64,000 bases of DNA from an uncultured Acidobacteriaceae bacterium (GCA_963819055.1 CAWFUT010000020.1:7561-71560); one strand, 5' to 3'; numbered from the stretch's first letter, positions 38,014 through 48,671 are shown. The notes: generated from the letters alone by a model not told the origin. Numbers and translations: made by a program.

Positions 38014-39467
38014 TGCTGGACCTGCGCCGCTCCGCCATCTCGAAGAAACTCACTTGGATGAATGTGCTGGTGAGTGCGGCAGCCTTGGTGTCGGCCTGCA
38101 TCGCGTTTTTCGCCTACGATCAGTACACCTTCCGCGAGGACCTGATTCGCAACCTTTCGGCGCAGGCGGAGATTATCGGCTCCAATAGCGTGTCAGCGCT
38201 GACCTTCAACGATCCGCAATCGGCCGCGAATACCCTTGCGGCTCTGCGCACCGTTCCCGACATCGTCTCCGCCGGCATCGTGACTCCCGACGGCCGCTTG
38301 TTCGCCCGCTATGTGAGAAATCCCGGCCTGCCGCCATTGAAACCGGGTGTCCTGCCCGCGCGGGTTCAGACGCATACCTTTGCGGATAACGAAGTTCTCT
38401 TGCGCCAGCCCATTTTCTTTCAGGGCAATCAACTCGGCACCGTCTATATCCGCTCCGACCTGAATGAGCGGGCCAACCGCCTGCGGCGATATATAGCCAT
38501 TGCGGCCGCCATCCTTCTGCTGTCTCTGCTGGCAGCGCTGCTGGTATCCGGAATCTTCCGCCGCGCGGTAGCTGAGCCTATTGTGCAGCTCGCGGAGGTT
38601 GCGCGCGGCCTCTCGCAGGAGAGGAACTACTCGATTCGCGCCAAGCCTACCGGAGCACGCGATGAGCTGGCTGTGCTCATCGACGCTTTCAACGACATGT
38701 TGACTCAGATCCAGCTACGCGATACCGAGCTACAACAGGCACACACCGAACTGGAGCAGCGCGTCGAAGAGCGCACCCGCCAGTTGGTTGCGGCCAATCG
38801 CGAACTGGAGGCATTCTCCTACTCCGTCTCGCATGACCTGCGCGGACCGCTGGAGATCATCAACGGATTCAGCCATATTCTGCTGGTCGAGCATGGTGGC
38901 AAACTCGACTCTGCCGCCCATGACTACGTTCAGCAGATTAACGCTGCAACCAAACGCATGGCGGAGCTGATCGACGACCTGCTGAACCTGTCGCGCGTCA
39001 GCACCACCGGAATGCATCGAGAGACTGTAGATTTGGCGGCGATGGCCAAGTCCATCGGAGATCAACTCTGCCGCCGCGAACCAGCGCGAGACGTTGAATT
39101 CGTTATTCATAAATGCTCCGCAGTGCAAGGCGATTCGCGTCTGCTTCGTATCGTAATGGAGAATCTGCTGCGCAATTCCTGGAAGTACACCTCCAACCGG
39201 GAACTCGCACGCATCGAGTTTGGCTGCGAGGAGAGAGTTGGCCGGGCCGCCTTTTTCGTCCGCGACAACGGCGCTGGTTTCGATCCGAAGTTGGCGGACC
39301 GCCTGTTTAAACCGTTCCAGCGCCTGCATGCGACCAGCGAATTCCCCGGCACCGGCATTGGATTGGCCACGGTGCAGCGCATCATAGCCCGACATGGCGG
39401 CGAGGTGTGGGCCGAAGGTGCCGTCGACAAAGGCGCGACCTTCTATTTCACGATCGAAGCCGCATAG
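38013..39467 (+). CDS. Sensor histidine kinase (TM-flanked CHASE8-like sensor, HAMP, HisKA, HATPase)
   Basis: The ATG overlaps the yfiR stop (TAATG). The H-box is FSYSVSHDLRGPL, the N-box is NLLRNSWKYT, G1 is DNGAGFD and G2 is GTGIGLATV. Confidence 0.9.
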   Translation: MLDLRRSAISKKLTWMNVLVSAAALVSACIAFFAYDQYTFREDLIRNLSAQAEIIGSNSVSALTFNDPQSAANTLAALRTVPDIVSAGIVTPDGRLFARYVRNPGLPPLKPGVLPARVQTHTFADNEVLLRQPIFFQGNQLGTVYIRSDLNERANRLRRYIAIAAAILLLSLLAALLVSGIFRRAVAEPIVQLAEVARGLSQERNYSIRAKPTGARDELAVLIDAFNDMLTQIQLRDTELQQAHTELEQRVEERTRQLVAANRELEAFSYSVSHDLRGPLEIINGFSHILLVEHGGKLDSAAHDYVQQINAATKRMAELIDDLLNLSRVSTTGMHRETVDLAAMAKSIGDQLCRREPARDVEFVIHKCSAVQGDSRLLRIVMENLLRNSWKYTSNRELARIEFGCEERVGRAAFFVRDNGAGFDPKLADRLFKPFQRLHATSEFPGTGIGLATVQRIIARHGGEVWAEGAVDKGATFYFTIEAA

Positions 39468-39673
39468 TTATCACCTCCTACCCCGATCACCTCCTGTCCT
39501 ATCGCCGACAACGCGCTTCAGCTCATGCACGAGTGTTTCCTGGTTCGTGCGCGGCACTTCAGTCATCGAAGAACTGTGGGATTGAAGCGTCAGGGTAGCG
39601 CTTTTTGCTGAATTGTCGAATTTATGCAACCCAGCTACTCTGCTGCCGGGCCGAAGCTGCATCTACATTATTT

Positions 39674-39859
39674 ATGCGCCAACCTTGGGAAGAATTCGTG
39701 GTGAGCCGTGACCCCTCAGGGAGGCTATTCGTTGCACGCTGCTCAGTCTGCGGGCAACTGATCGCAGCCTCTCCCGATCGACCGATCACGGAGCGGCTGG
39801 CCGAGAGCCATCGCTGCGACATGCAAATCCCCATCCGGGCAAGCGGTCCGCGCACGTAA
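39674..39859 (+). CDS. Possible small Cys-rich protein, paralog of 31829..32011
   Basis: The CSVCGQLIAASPDRPITERLAESHRC stretch shares its motifs with CKLCLHTLVAPDLRALELAEIRHRC. There is no clear RBS. Confidence 0.3.
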   Translation: MRQPWEEFVVSRDPSGRLFVARCSVCGQLIAASPDRPITERLAESHRCDMQIPIRASGPRT

Positions 39860-39889
39860 GCATTGCTTGGCAGGTCGAATCGATCGCCG

Positions 39890-41239
39890 TTAACAAGAAT
39901 GTATTTGTGCTTGGTCGGCGCTAATGGATTGCGTCGCTCGCCGTTGCTCGCCGGGATCCTCCACTCTCTGCATCAACACTGCCGCCAGGATCATGAACAC
40001 TCCGCCCGACACGACCGCTGCCAGACGATTATTGTGCAGTAGGTGGGACATGATCCAGCCGAACCCCAGCGAAGCGATGATCTCCGGCAGCACAATAAAG
40101 AAGTTGAAGATGCCCATATAGACGCCGGTGCGGTTTTCCGGCAGCGATGCGGCCAGCACCGAGTACGGCATCGAGAGCGTGCTGGCCCAGGCAATGCCCA
40201 CGCCGGTCATCGAGAGCAATAGAAGATTCTTGTCGTGGAGGAACGCAACCGACAGCAATCCAAGCGCGCCGCAAGTGAGGGAGAGGCTGTGCGTCCACTT
40301 GCGTCCCAGGTGCTTCGCTATCAGCGGCAGGAAAAACGAGAAGACGAAGCATACCCCCGAATACATTCCGAAGCAGATACCGGCCCATTCCACTCCCGCG
40401 GTGTAAGACGGCGCGGACTGGTCCGCTGCTCCGAAGATATTGCGTGCGACGGCGACCGGGAAGTACAGCCACATGCAGAACAATCCCAGCCAGGTAAGTA
40501 ACTGCACCGGGGCCAGCTGCCGCATAGTCAGCGGCATCTCGCGAATGGCTTCGAAGATCTCTGCGATCTGCGCCCCAGGTCCGCTGCTCGCTTGCTGCCG
40601 CTGCGTTTCCGGAGGGTATTCCTTCGTGGACACAATCGTCCACAGGACGGCGCCGAAAAATGCTGCTGCCCCCAAATAGAAAGACAGCCGCACCGTGAGC
40701 GGGATTGCGCTATTCGAGTGATCCTGGCCCACGTGGAATACATTCGTCAGTAGCCACGGGAGCGCCGAGGCGACCACGGCGCCCAGCCCGATAAAGAGGC
40801 TCTGCATGGCGAAGCCTTGCGTCCGCTGCTCTTCGGGAAGCAGGTCGGCTACAAACGCGCGGAAGGGTTCCATGCTGATGTTGATGGAAGTGTCGAGAAT
40901 CCACAGCAGGCCAGCGGCCATCCACAACGCCGAGCAACGCGGCATCAGGATCAGCGCCGTTGAACTTAAAATTGCGCCGGCCAGGAAGTAGGGCCGCCTG
41001 CGTCCGAGGCGAGTCCAGGTGTGATCGCTGGCATTCCCGATGATCGGCTGAACAATGAGCCCAGTGAGCGGAGCCGCCAGCCACAGAATCGGAATCTGAT
41101 CGGCGCGCGCCCCCAGGTATTCGTAGATGGCGCTCATGTTCGCCATCTGCAGCCCCCAGCCGAACTGGATGCCGAGAAAGCCGAAGCTCATGTTCCAGAT
41201 CTGCCAGAAGCTCTTCGGTGGTTTTTGCATGCGGATCAC
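39890..41239 (-). CDS. MFS transporter, GPH/SLC45-like sugar:cation symporter
   Basis: The protein has 12 hydrophobic segments. The N-terminal region GFLGIQFGWGLQMANMSAIYEYLGA..PLTGLIVQPIIGNASDHTWTRLGRRRPY is typical of sucrose/maltose-type symporters. Confidence 0.8.
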   Translation of the reverse strand: MIRMQKPPKSFWQIWNMSFGFLGIQFGWGLQMANMSAIYEYLGARADQIPILWLAAPLTGLIVQPIIGNASDHTWTRLGRRRPYFLAGAILSSTALILMPRCSALWMAAGLLWILDTSINISMEPFRAFVADLLPEEQRTQGFAMQSLFIGLGAVVASALPWLLTNVFHVGQDHSNSAIPLTVRLSFYLGAAAFFGAVLWTIVSTKEYPPETQRQQASSGPGAQIAEIFEAIREMPLTMRQLAPVQLLTWLGLFCMWLYFPVAVARNIFGAADQSAPSYTAGVEWAGICFGMYSGVCFVFSFFLPLIAKHLGRKWTHSLSLTCGALGLLSVAFLHDKNLLLLSMTGVGIAWASTLSMPYSVLAASLPENRTGVYMGIFNFFIVLPEIIASLGFGWIMSHLLHNNRLAAVVSGGVFMILAAVLMQRVEDPGEQRRATQSISADQAQIHSC

Positions 41240-41343
41240 ACATGGCTACGCGAGCATCGTACGCACACAATACCTGACCGGCTTGGAATTCGATAGGGGA
41301 GGCGCACAGAATTCCGCAGAAGGCGATGCGTAAAGGAAGAATG

Positions 41344-42630
41344 TTACTGACGCACGGCAATCAATTCCGACTCGACCGGCACGCCGCGCGCAACTTTAAT
41401 TCGTATTAAGGCTTCGAACGGATTCACTTCACCCATTTTGTTCAGCGTCAGTTGCGAGAGCAGGTTGTGCGCCGTAGTCCGGTGACAGGCGTACTCGACC
41501 GCGCCCTGTGTTCCGAAGGTCGTGGTGCCGGCGAAGATCATTACCGATCGCGCCGGATCCAGTCCGGGCATCAGGCTGATCACCGCATAGTCTTCGGTCA
41601 GAGGCTCATTGGAGGGAGTGGCGAGAACCGCCTGTGGTTCGCCCACGCGGGGATGGACATTGACGATGGACAGATCTCCCTTCCGTGGCCCGTCTGTAAG
41701 GCGGCGGAAGACGAACTCGCGCGTGCTGGGTATCTCCGTCAGGGTGAGATTCTCGGAGGGCGAGCCCAGGAAAATCAAATCGTTGTTCCGCACGTCGTCG
41801 AGCGAAAACAGGCTGCCGCGCTTGACCCGGATGCGCCGGTGAAAGAGGTTGAAGACCTGGTCCAGCTCATGAACAGCGAGCACCTCGCCGACCCCGGTGT
41901 AATGGTCCCAGATTTCGTCGCCGGCATCGCGCGAAGGATTGTAATAGCGCATACCGGTCTCCGGGCGTCCGATGAAGGCGGCATTGCTGAAGACCAGCCA
42001 CGGCTCCTCCGGGCTGCGGATGAACGGCTTCCAGAGTTCCTCGAACTCCGCCGGAGCGGGTTCGGATGCTCCCGCCAGCACCGTGGGAGCAAGCTTGCGC
42101 GTGTTCAGCAATGAGGCCAATCCAACCAGAGCCGTCGCCAGCAGAATCGCCAGCGTAATCGCTGCCAGCTTCCAATAATCAGATGCGCCGCTGGTTTGAA
42201 TCTGTGAAACTGCCGCCACGGGCGGATCAACATTCACAAACGCCGGACGCTCCGCAATTCCAGACGGGCTGCGCCGATGGAACTGGAGATGGTACGTCCC
42301 CTTAGGAAGTTCGACCACAATCGCATCCTGCGCTCCCTCGCTTGAGTAATATTCGCTCAACTTCGCCCGCAGCCTGCCGACCTGAACCCGGATCATGGAA
42401 TCCGATTGCGGGTCGAAGTCCGGACGCCGCCCGAAAACCTCGGTGGCAATCTGGTATTCCTTGACCCGGCCGGCAGGATCTTCCATCGCGTGCTTGGCCA
42501 GATAGCGAAGCAGCTTGCACAGCGATTCGGAGCCGTGCAGGGTGGTGCTGCTGATCAGTACTTCGATCTGTTTTGCAAATTGGTCGTGCTGGGACATCAC
42601 TGGCTTTCGGGAGAACCCCTGTAACATCAA
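41344..42630 (-). CDS. Membrane-anchored winged-helix (OmpR/CadC-type) transcriptional regulator with a periplasmic domain
   Basis: Trans_reg_C-like region: ESLCKLLRYLAKHAMEDPAGRVKEYQIATEVFGRRPDFDPQSDSMIRVQVGRLRAKLSEYY. There is one TM helix (LAAITLAILLATALVGLASLL). The start codon is uncertain. Confidence 0.65.
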   Translation of the reverse strand: MMLQGFSRKPVMSQHDQFAKQIEVLISSTTLHGSESLCKLLRYLAKHAMEDPAGRVKEYQIATEVFGRRPDFDPQSDSMIRVQVGRLRAKLSEYYSSEGAQDAIVVELPKGTYHLQFHRRSPSGIAERPAFVNVDPPVAAVSQIQTSGASDYWKLAAITLAILLATALVGLASLLNTRKLAPTVLAGASEPAPAEFEELWKPFIRSPEEPWLVFSNAAFIGRPETGMRYYNPSRDAGDEIWDHYTGVGEVLAVHELDQVFNLFHRRIRVKRGSLFSLDDVRNNDLIFLGSPSENLTLTEIPSTREFVFRRLTDGPRKGDLSIVNVHPRVGEPQAVLATPSNEPLTEDYAVISLMPGLDPARSVMIFAGTTTFGTQGAVEYACHRTTAHNLLSQLTLNKMGEVNPFEALIRIKVARGVPVESELIAVRQ

Positions 42631-43009
42631 GGTAACAAAGCGTGGAAATCACTGCAACCAGCGACTTTTCCCATGTAACGGTAACAAAACTTATTGAAAC
42701 TTCTGCCTGGCAAAATTCGGCATCACACTTTCCCCAATCAACGGCGCGCCTCTCGAAGGCACGTTACAAACAGGCGGAACAGGGTAAGCAGCAACCTGCT
42801 TCCCACTCGGGCCGCGCCGACTGCATCATGTGATCTTGGGATTGGCCGGCTTCAACGTCCCAAGCCTCCAGAAGTTTTGATCCATCGATTCTCTTGCGCC
42901 ACAAGAGCCAAGCCATAGCAGCAACGTCCTGCTCATCCGAAGGACGAGTAAGGACTAAGGCAATACCGACGTCATAAGGAAACGAAATTGGGAGCTGGAG
43001 GCAGTACTC

Positions 43010-46000
43010 ATGAAGCATCTTCGCCTATTTTGCTTATCGACGCTGATCTACCTGACCTTCTGCGCGATTATCTCACCCGCTCAAACCAGTACCGGCCGGA
43101 TCACCGGAACCGTCACCGATCAGACCGGAGCTGTAGTTTCAGGCGCCACCATTAATGCCACCAACGTAGGAACCAGCCGCACCGTGACCGTGCAAAGCGG
43201 ATCGGCCGGCGAGTATTCGATCCCCGCACTGGAGCCGGGGCCGTACAAAATCGAGGTGACCGCACCGAATTTCAAATCGTCGACGCAGAATGTCACCCTG
43301 GAAACGAACCAGACCTTGCCGGTGAACGTTGCTCTTACTGCAGGCGCTACCACTGAGACCGTGGAGGTCACCGGCGCGGCGCCGCTGGTGGCAACCAGCT
43401 CTTCTGACCTGGGCGAAGTGATTCAGGGCAAGCAGGTAATCGATCTGCCGCTGAACACTCGCAACTTCACCCAGCTGGCGACCCTGACCCCGGGTGTAAG
43501 TCGCGGTATGAACATCAACGGCAACTCCAATGGTACGCAGGGAAATGCGGAGACCTACCGCTACAACAACAGCGGTGGCGCGGTTCTGAATGTCAACGGC
43601 CTCCGCCCCCAGGCAAATAATTTTCTGCTGGACGGCTTCGACAACAACGAATCACTGGTCAATACCATTGTGTTTTTCTCCGAACCTGACGCCATTCAGG
43701 AATTCCGCGTAGAAACCAATGTCGCTCCGGCCGAATTCGGCCGCGCCGGCGGCGCCATCGTGAATACCTCGATCAAGTCCGGCACCAATCAATTCCACGG
43801 AACGTTCTTCGAATATTTGCGCAACAGCGCCCTGGATGCCACGCCCTGGACCAGCCAGGCCAATGCCAAAAAGCTGCCCTTCAAGCAGAACCAGTTCGGT
43901 GCAGCCATTGGCGGCCCTATCATCAAGAACAAGCTATTCATCTTTGGCGACTATCAGGGCCTGCGATCCTCGCAGCCGAATACCACCGACTACACGACGG
44001 TGCCGACCACCCTGATGCGCAGCAGCGGCTTCACCAATTTCTCCCAGATCGCCACTCCCATCATCGATCCGATGACCGGCCTGCAATTTCCCGGAAACAT
44101 CATTCCTGCAGGCCGCCTAAACCCGGCCGCAGTTGCTTATCTGAACGCGTTTCCGGCTCCAAACTGCAGCAACGCGACGAACGCCAACTGTCAATTCCTG
44201 ACCAATAACTACACCACCAACCGAAATCGCATCACCACCTTCGACGATTTTGACATTCGTGCCGACTACAACATGAGTTCCAAGGATTCTGCGTTCGTTC
44301 GGTACAGCTACGGAAACGAGAATCTGGTAACGACCTCATTGCTGCCGGCCCTGCCCGCCGGCTTCGGATCGGGCAGCAACCCAACCAAGCCGTGGTCCGC
44401 GGTCTTCGAGGAGACGCATATCTTCACCTCGAACCTGGTCAATGAGTTTCGCTTCGGCTACATTCACGACGATTACGGATACACTCCGCCTTTCCAGAAT
44501 GAACCGCTATCGGCAAACCTCGGCATCGTGAACGCCAACGTCAACGCCCTGAACCAGCCTGATCCTCAACTGGGCGGCGGCGCACTGATCGGCGGTAACG
44601 GCACGCAACTGTCGTATACCGGTGACTATGGTCTGTACGATGTGCCGCAAGATACCTGGCAGGAGACCGACAACCTGTCCTGGGTTAAGGGCAAGCACAC
44701 GATGAGGTTTGGAGCGGACATCATTCGCCGTCAGGTGGACTTCTTCCGGCCGCTGGCCGGCAAAGGATTCTTCAATATGTGCGGCAACGGTACCAGCCCA
44801 GCGACCATCACCGGCTACGAAGTTACGGATCTGCTGGTCGGCTTTGTCTGCAACTACAGTGCAGGACCGGTGCTCGGCGATTCGGAAACCCGCAATTGGG
44901 AACTCGGCTTCTACGGCCAGGACGATTACAAAGTCACCCGCAGGTTGACCCTGAACCTCGGTCTGCGTTGGGACATCCTCACCTGGCCGGTCGAGAAGTT
45001 TAATCATCAGGCCAACTTCAACATCAACACCGGGCAGATCGAACTCGCCGGCCAGAATGGCAATTCGCGAAGCTTCATTCCGGTGGACTATCACAACTTT
45101 GCTCCGCGTATCGGCTTCGCCTACGACCTCACGGGACAGGGGACAACGAAGATCAGCGGCGGCTATGGCATCTTCTATTTCGTCGATCGTGGCGGCATCG
45201 ACAACCAGCTTGCCCAGAACCCGCCGTTCAGCGGACAGGCTAACTACAGCTACCTGAATGGCTACCGCATCACCTTCACCGGCCAGGCTCCTCTGGGAAC
45301 CCAGACCTCGAGCGGCTGCCTCACCAGTTGCAACTCCGGGGTAGCTACCATCCCCCTGCCGGCAAAGGGACCGCTCCAGGTCAACCTGAATGACCCGGCC
45401 AACGTTTCCATCTCCATAGCCACCTTGCCGACCAACACCACTCCCAGTGTTCAGGAGTGGAACTTCCAGCTCGAACATCAGATTGGCAACGATATGACGC
45501 TGACCATGGCGTATGTCGGCGACAAGGGCACACACCTTACCACCTACTACAACTACAACCGCCAGCAATACGCCTTGGCGCCCTGTAGCGTAACCGCGCC
45601 CGCTGGTTGCAACTTCCCGGCGCTGGGAGCGATCAACACCCAGGCAACAATCGGCAATTCCACCTACAACGCGTTGCAGGTGTCGTTGAACCGGCGCTTC
45701 ACTGCCGGCCTGCAGTTTGGCGCCTCCTACACCTGGTCGCACGCCATCGACGATTCGCCAGACGCGTTTGACGCTTACGGCGCGAATGGCGGGACCCCGG
45801 TCAACTACCGTGATCTGGCCGCCGAACGCGCCAGCTCCGACTACGACATGCGGAACCGGTTCGTCTTCAATACCATGTACTCGCTCCCCTTTGGACGAGG
45901 CCAGCAGTTTGGCAACAACTGGAATGGCGTGACCAACGCAATTCTGGGTGGCTGGCAGACCAATCTGATCTTCACCGCGCAGAGCGGCACGCCCTTTGAC

Positions 46001-46399
46001 GTTCTCTGCGCACAGGAAGACCCCATTGTTCGCTGCGATCTGGTGGGCAATCCTTTCCCCGGCTCTAACAACTCACTACAATATTTTGACCCGGCCGCCT
46101 TCGCGCCGGTGCCGGTGAATCCCGCGCCCGGTACGGGTACCGCCCTGCGCGCCGGAACCACGCCGCGTAATTACCTCACCGGTCCCGGATTCTTCGACAT
46201 CGACTTCTCGACCTTCAAAGATTTCCGGATCACCGAACGGGTGACCACGCAGTTCCGGGCTGAGTTCTTTAACATCACCAACACCCCACACTACGTGCAA
46301 CCCGATTACAACTTTACTGACGGCAACTTCGGTAACCTAACGAACACTGCCTTCAGTTCAGAGCGGCAGATCCAGTTCGCTCTGCGGGTTTCGTTCTAG
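43010..46399 (+). CDS. TonB-dependent receptor with an N-terminal carboxypeptidase-regulatory-like domain
   Basis: A signal peptide is present, followed by GRITGTVTDQTGAVVSGATINATNVGT (CarboxypepD_reg). A plug and a very long barrel follow. The protein ends ..QFALRVSF with a terminal Phe. Confidence 0.85.
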   Translation: MKHLRLFCLSTLIYLTFCAIISPAQTSTGRITGTVTDQTGAVVSGATINATNVGTSRTVTVQSGSAGEYSIPALEPGPYKIEVTAPNFKSSTQNVTLETNQTLPVNVALTAGATTETVEVTGAAPLVATSSSDLGEVIQGKQVIDLPLNTRNFTQLATLTPGVSRGMNINGNSNGTQGNAETYRYNNSGGAVLNVNGLRPQANNFLLDGFDNNESLVNTIVFFSEPDAIQEFRVETNVAPAEFGRAGGAIVNTSIKSGTNQFHGTFFEYLRNSALDATPWTSQANAKKLPFKQNQFGAAIGGPIIKNKLFIFGDYQGLRSSQPNTTDYTTVPTTLMRSSGFTNFSQIATPIIDPMTGLQFPGNIIPAGRLNPAAVAYLNAFPAPNCSNATNANCQFLTNNYTTNRNRITTFDDFDIRADYNMSSKDSAFVRYSYGNENLVTTSLLPALPAGFGSGSNPTKPWSAVFEETHIFTSNLVNEFRFGYIHDDYGYTPPFQNEPLSANLGIVNANVNALNQPDPQLGGGALIGGNGTQLSYTGDYGLYDVPQDTWQETDNLSWVKGKHTMRFGADIIRRQVDFFRPLAGKGFFNMCGNGTSPATITGYEVTDLLVGFVCNYSAGPVLGDSETRNWELGFYGQDDYKVTRRLTLNLGLRWDILTWPVEKFNHQANFNINTGQIELAGQNGNSRSFIPVDYHNFAPRIGFAYDLTGQGTTKISGGYGIFYFVDRGGIDNQLAQNPPFSGQANYSYLNGYRITFTGQAPLGTQTSSGCLTSCNSGVATIPLPAKGPLQVNLNDPANVSISIATLPTNTTPSVQEWNFQLEHQIGNDMTLTMAYVGDKGTHLTTYYNYNRQQYALAPCSVTAPAGCNFPALGAINTQATIGNSTYNALQVSLNRRFTAGLQFGASYTWSHAIDDSPDAFDAYGANGGTPVNYRDLAAERASSDYDMRNRFVFNTMYSLPFGRGQQFGNNWNGVTNAILGGWQTNLIFTAQSGTPFDVLCAQEDPIVRCDLVGNPFPGSNNSLQYFDPAAFAPVPVNPAPGTGTALRAGTTPRNYLTGPGFFDIDFSTFKDFRITERVTTQFRAEFFNITNTPHYVQPDYNFTDGNFGNLTNTAFSSERQIQFALRVSF

Positions 46400-46456
46400 C
46401 ATCCAGCGTCGGGAACTGGACACTTTAGTCCTGTTCCCGCGCTTCCTTCAATTCTC

Positions 46457-48367
46457 ATGCGAAAACAACTTGAATTCGCCCCCTTGTGCTTCGCCTCGTT
46501 GCTGGTTGCTTTCGCACTCCTGCCCTTCACATCATCCGCGGCTCAAGTTGGAGCAGCCTCGGCTCGATCCGCCGCGCATAGCAGCAGCGCGCCGGCGGTC
46601 TCCTACCTTGAGCCTCCCAATTGGTGGACGAATGACTCTTCTCCTCTCATGCTGCTGCTCTATGGAGAGAATCTCAATGCCGCGAACATCTCGACGGACT
46701 ATCCGGGCGTAACCATCGCCAAGGTTCAAACCGAGCCTGATGGTAAACACGCTTTCGTCTGGCTGAACATTGACTCGACAGCCCAGCCGGGTACGATCGC
46801 TCTCCATCTGAAGAATGGAAGTGGCGACACCGTGGCCAACCTGCTTCTGTCAGCACGCCCGCCACAACAGGGAAAATATCAAGGCGTTACGCGTAACGAC
46901 GTAATCTACCTGATCATGCCGGACCGCTTTGCCGACGGCGATCCCTCGAACGATCAGCCGCCCCAGGCCGCAGCCGGTACCTATGATCGCAAGCTGCCAA
47001 AGGCGTATCACGGCGGCGACCTCAAAGGGATACAGCAGCACTTGCCGTACCTGAAAGATCTTGGCGTGACCACGCTCTGGCTTACGCCGCTTTACCAAAA
47101 CGACGACCGTAGCTCGGACTATCACGGCTATGGCGCGGTGGATGAGTACGCGGTCGAAGACCGCTTCGGCAACATGCACGACGTTCAAAATCTGGTGGCC
47201 GCCGCGCATCAGCTCGGTATGAAGGTGCTCTTCGACATGGTACCCAATCACGTCGGGCCGAATCATCCCTGGGCTAACTCGCAACCAGCGCCAGGCTGGC
47301 TGCACGGTACTCCGGCTCATCATCTCGACAATGCCAATTACGACTTTCCGCCGATCAGCGATCCGCACGCGGTCCCCGCGAACTATATCGAGGCGCTCGA
47401 CGGTTGGTTCGTCAACACGCTGCCTGACCTGGCACAGGAGAATCCGCTGGTGGCGACCTATCTGCTGCAGAACGCCGTGTGGTGGACCGAGAGCAGCGGC
47501 ATCGACGGTATCCGCATCGATACGTTTCCCTACGTGCCGCGCAGCTTCTGGTCTTATTACGACCAGGGGTTGTTGGCTCGCTACCCGAACTTCTTTATGG
47601 TGGGCGAAGTGAACGACACTGACGCCACCGTGACGTCCTATTGGGCGGGAGGTCAGACCGGCTTCGACGGCATCGACACGCACCTGACCACCCCCTTTGA
47701 CTTCCCCATGTTCCAGGCGATTGGCGATGTGGTGGCGCGTGGCGAATCGGCGAAGAAAATCGTGAACGTGCTGCGGCAGGACCGCTTTTACCCGCACCCT
47801 GAGCTGCTGGTCACCCTGCTCGATAATCACGACCGGCCAAGATTCATCACCCAGGCGAACGGTTCGCGTGAAAAGTTGAAGCTGGGTCTTTCGTTGCTGC
47901 TTACGCTACGGGGAATCCCGCAACTGTATTCCGGCGACGAGATCGGTCTGCCGGGAGGGGAAGATCCCGATAACCGGCGCGACTTCCCGGGCGGTTTTCC
48001 GGGCGATAAGAACAACGCCTTTACACAGGCCGGCCGTACTCCCGAGCAGCAGGATGTCTTCGCGCACACCCAAGCCCTGCTGAAGCTTCGTCACGATCAC
48101 CCGGCTTTGCGCACAGGCGCGCAAAAGCACGTCGCCGTCGCCGACAAATACTACGCTTTCACCCGCGAGACCGATGGCGAGCGCCTGCTGGTCGTCTTCC
48201 ACAATTCAGACGCAGCAGAAACGGTGAAGCTCGATCTGACGGGAACCTCAATCGCCGACGCGAAGACCCTAACTTCAATCTTCGGCCCGTCTGCTGCTCA
48301 GCTGCAGGATGGGCATCTGACCCTACAACTGGCGCCGTATAGCTTGACCGTTTACCGGGTGAACTGA
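46457..48367 (+). CDS. Secreted GH13 alpha-amylase-family glycosidase (cyclomaltodextrinase/neopullulanase-like)
   Basis: GH13 regions I to IV are present: DMVPNH, DGIRIDTFPY, MVGEVN and LLDNHDRPR. A signal peptide is present. Confidence 0.9.
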   Translation: MRKQLEFAPLCFASLLVAFALLPFTSSAAQVGAASARSAAHSSSAPAVSYLEPPNWWTNDSSPLMLLLYGENLNAANISTDYPGVTIAKVQTEPDGKHAFVWLNIDSTAQPGTIALHLKNGSGDTVANLLLSARPPQQGKYQGVTRNDVIYLIMPDRFADGDPSNDQPPQAAAGTYDRKLPKAYHGGDLKGIQQHLPYLKDLGVTTLWLTPLYQNDDRSSDYHGYGAVDEYAVEDRFGNMHDVQNLVAAAHQLGMKVLFDMVPNHVGPNHPWANSQPAPGWLHGTPAHHLDNANYDFPPISDPHAVPANYIEALDGWFVNTLPDLAQENPLVATYLLQNAVWWTESSGIDGIRIDTFPYVPRSFWSYYDQGLLARYPNFFMVGEVNDTDATVTSYWAGGQTGFDGIDTHLTTPFDFPMFQAIGDVVARGESAKKIVNVLRQDRFYPHPELLVTLLDNHDRPRFITQANGSREKLKLGLSLLLTLRGIPQLYSGDEIGLPGGEDPDNRRDFPGGFPGDKNNAFTQAGRTPEQQDVFAHTQALLKLRHDHPALRTGAQKHVAVADKYYAFTRETDGERLLVVFHNSDAAETVKLDLTGTSIADAKTLTSIFGPSAAQLQDGHLTLQLAPYSLTVYRVN

Positions 48368-48514
48368 GAATGTTTGGGTGCCCCATGTCTCGCGGTGTTC
48401 GAGATGTGGGGATTTTGCTTGAATGGTCAAAGCGGACGACTAAAGTCAGGAGCTACCCACTTGGCAGCCTTAGGTATCTGGATTAATAAGGAAAATTGCA
48501 GGGAAGGAAGGATT

Positions 48515-48590
48515 TGGGGTGGGTGGAGGGATTCGAACCCTCGACAGCCGGAGCCACAGTCCGGAGTTCTACCACTGAACTACACCCACC
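48515..48590 (-). tRNA. tRNA-His (anticodon GUG) with encoded G-1 and CCA
   Basis: The reverse complement is GGTGGGTGTAGTTCAGTGGTAGAACTCCGGACTGTGGCTCCGGCTGTCGAGGGTTCGAATCCCTCCACCCACCCCA. The anticodon loop is CTGTGGC. The extra 5' G pairs with C73, which is characteristic of tRNA-His. Confidence 0.95.
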
Positions 48591-48671
48591 ATACCAGACC
48601 TGAAATTATAGCATTCGTAGAGGCGCGGCCCGCGCGATCACGGTGACAAATCCCTCGCACTCCAGCACGCC

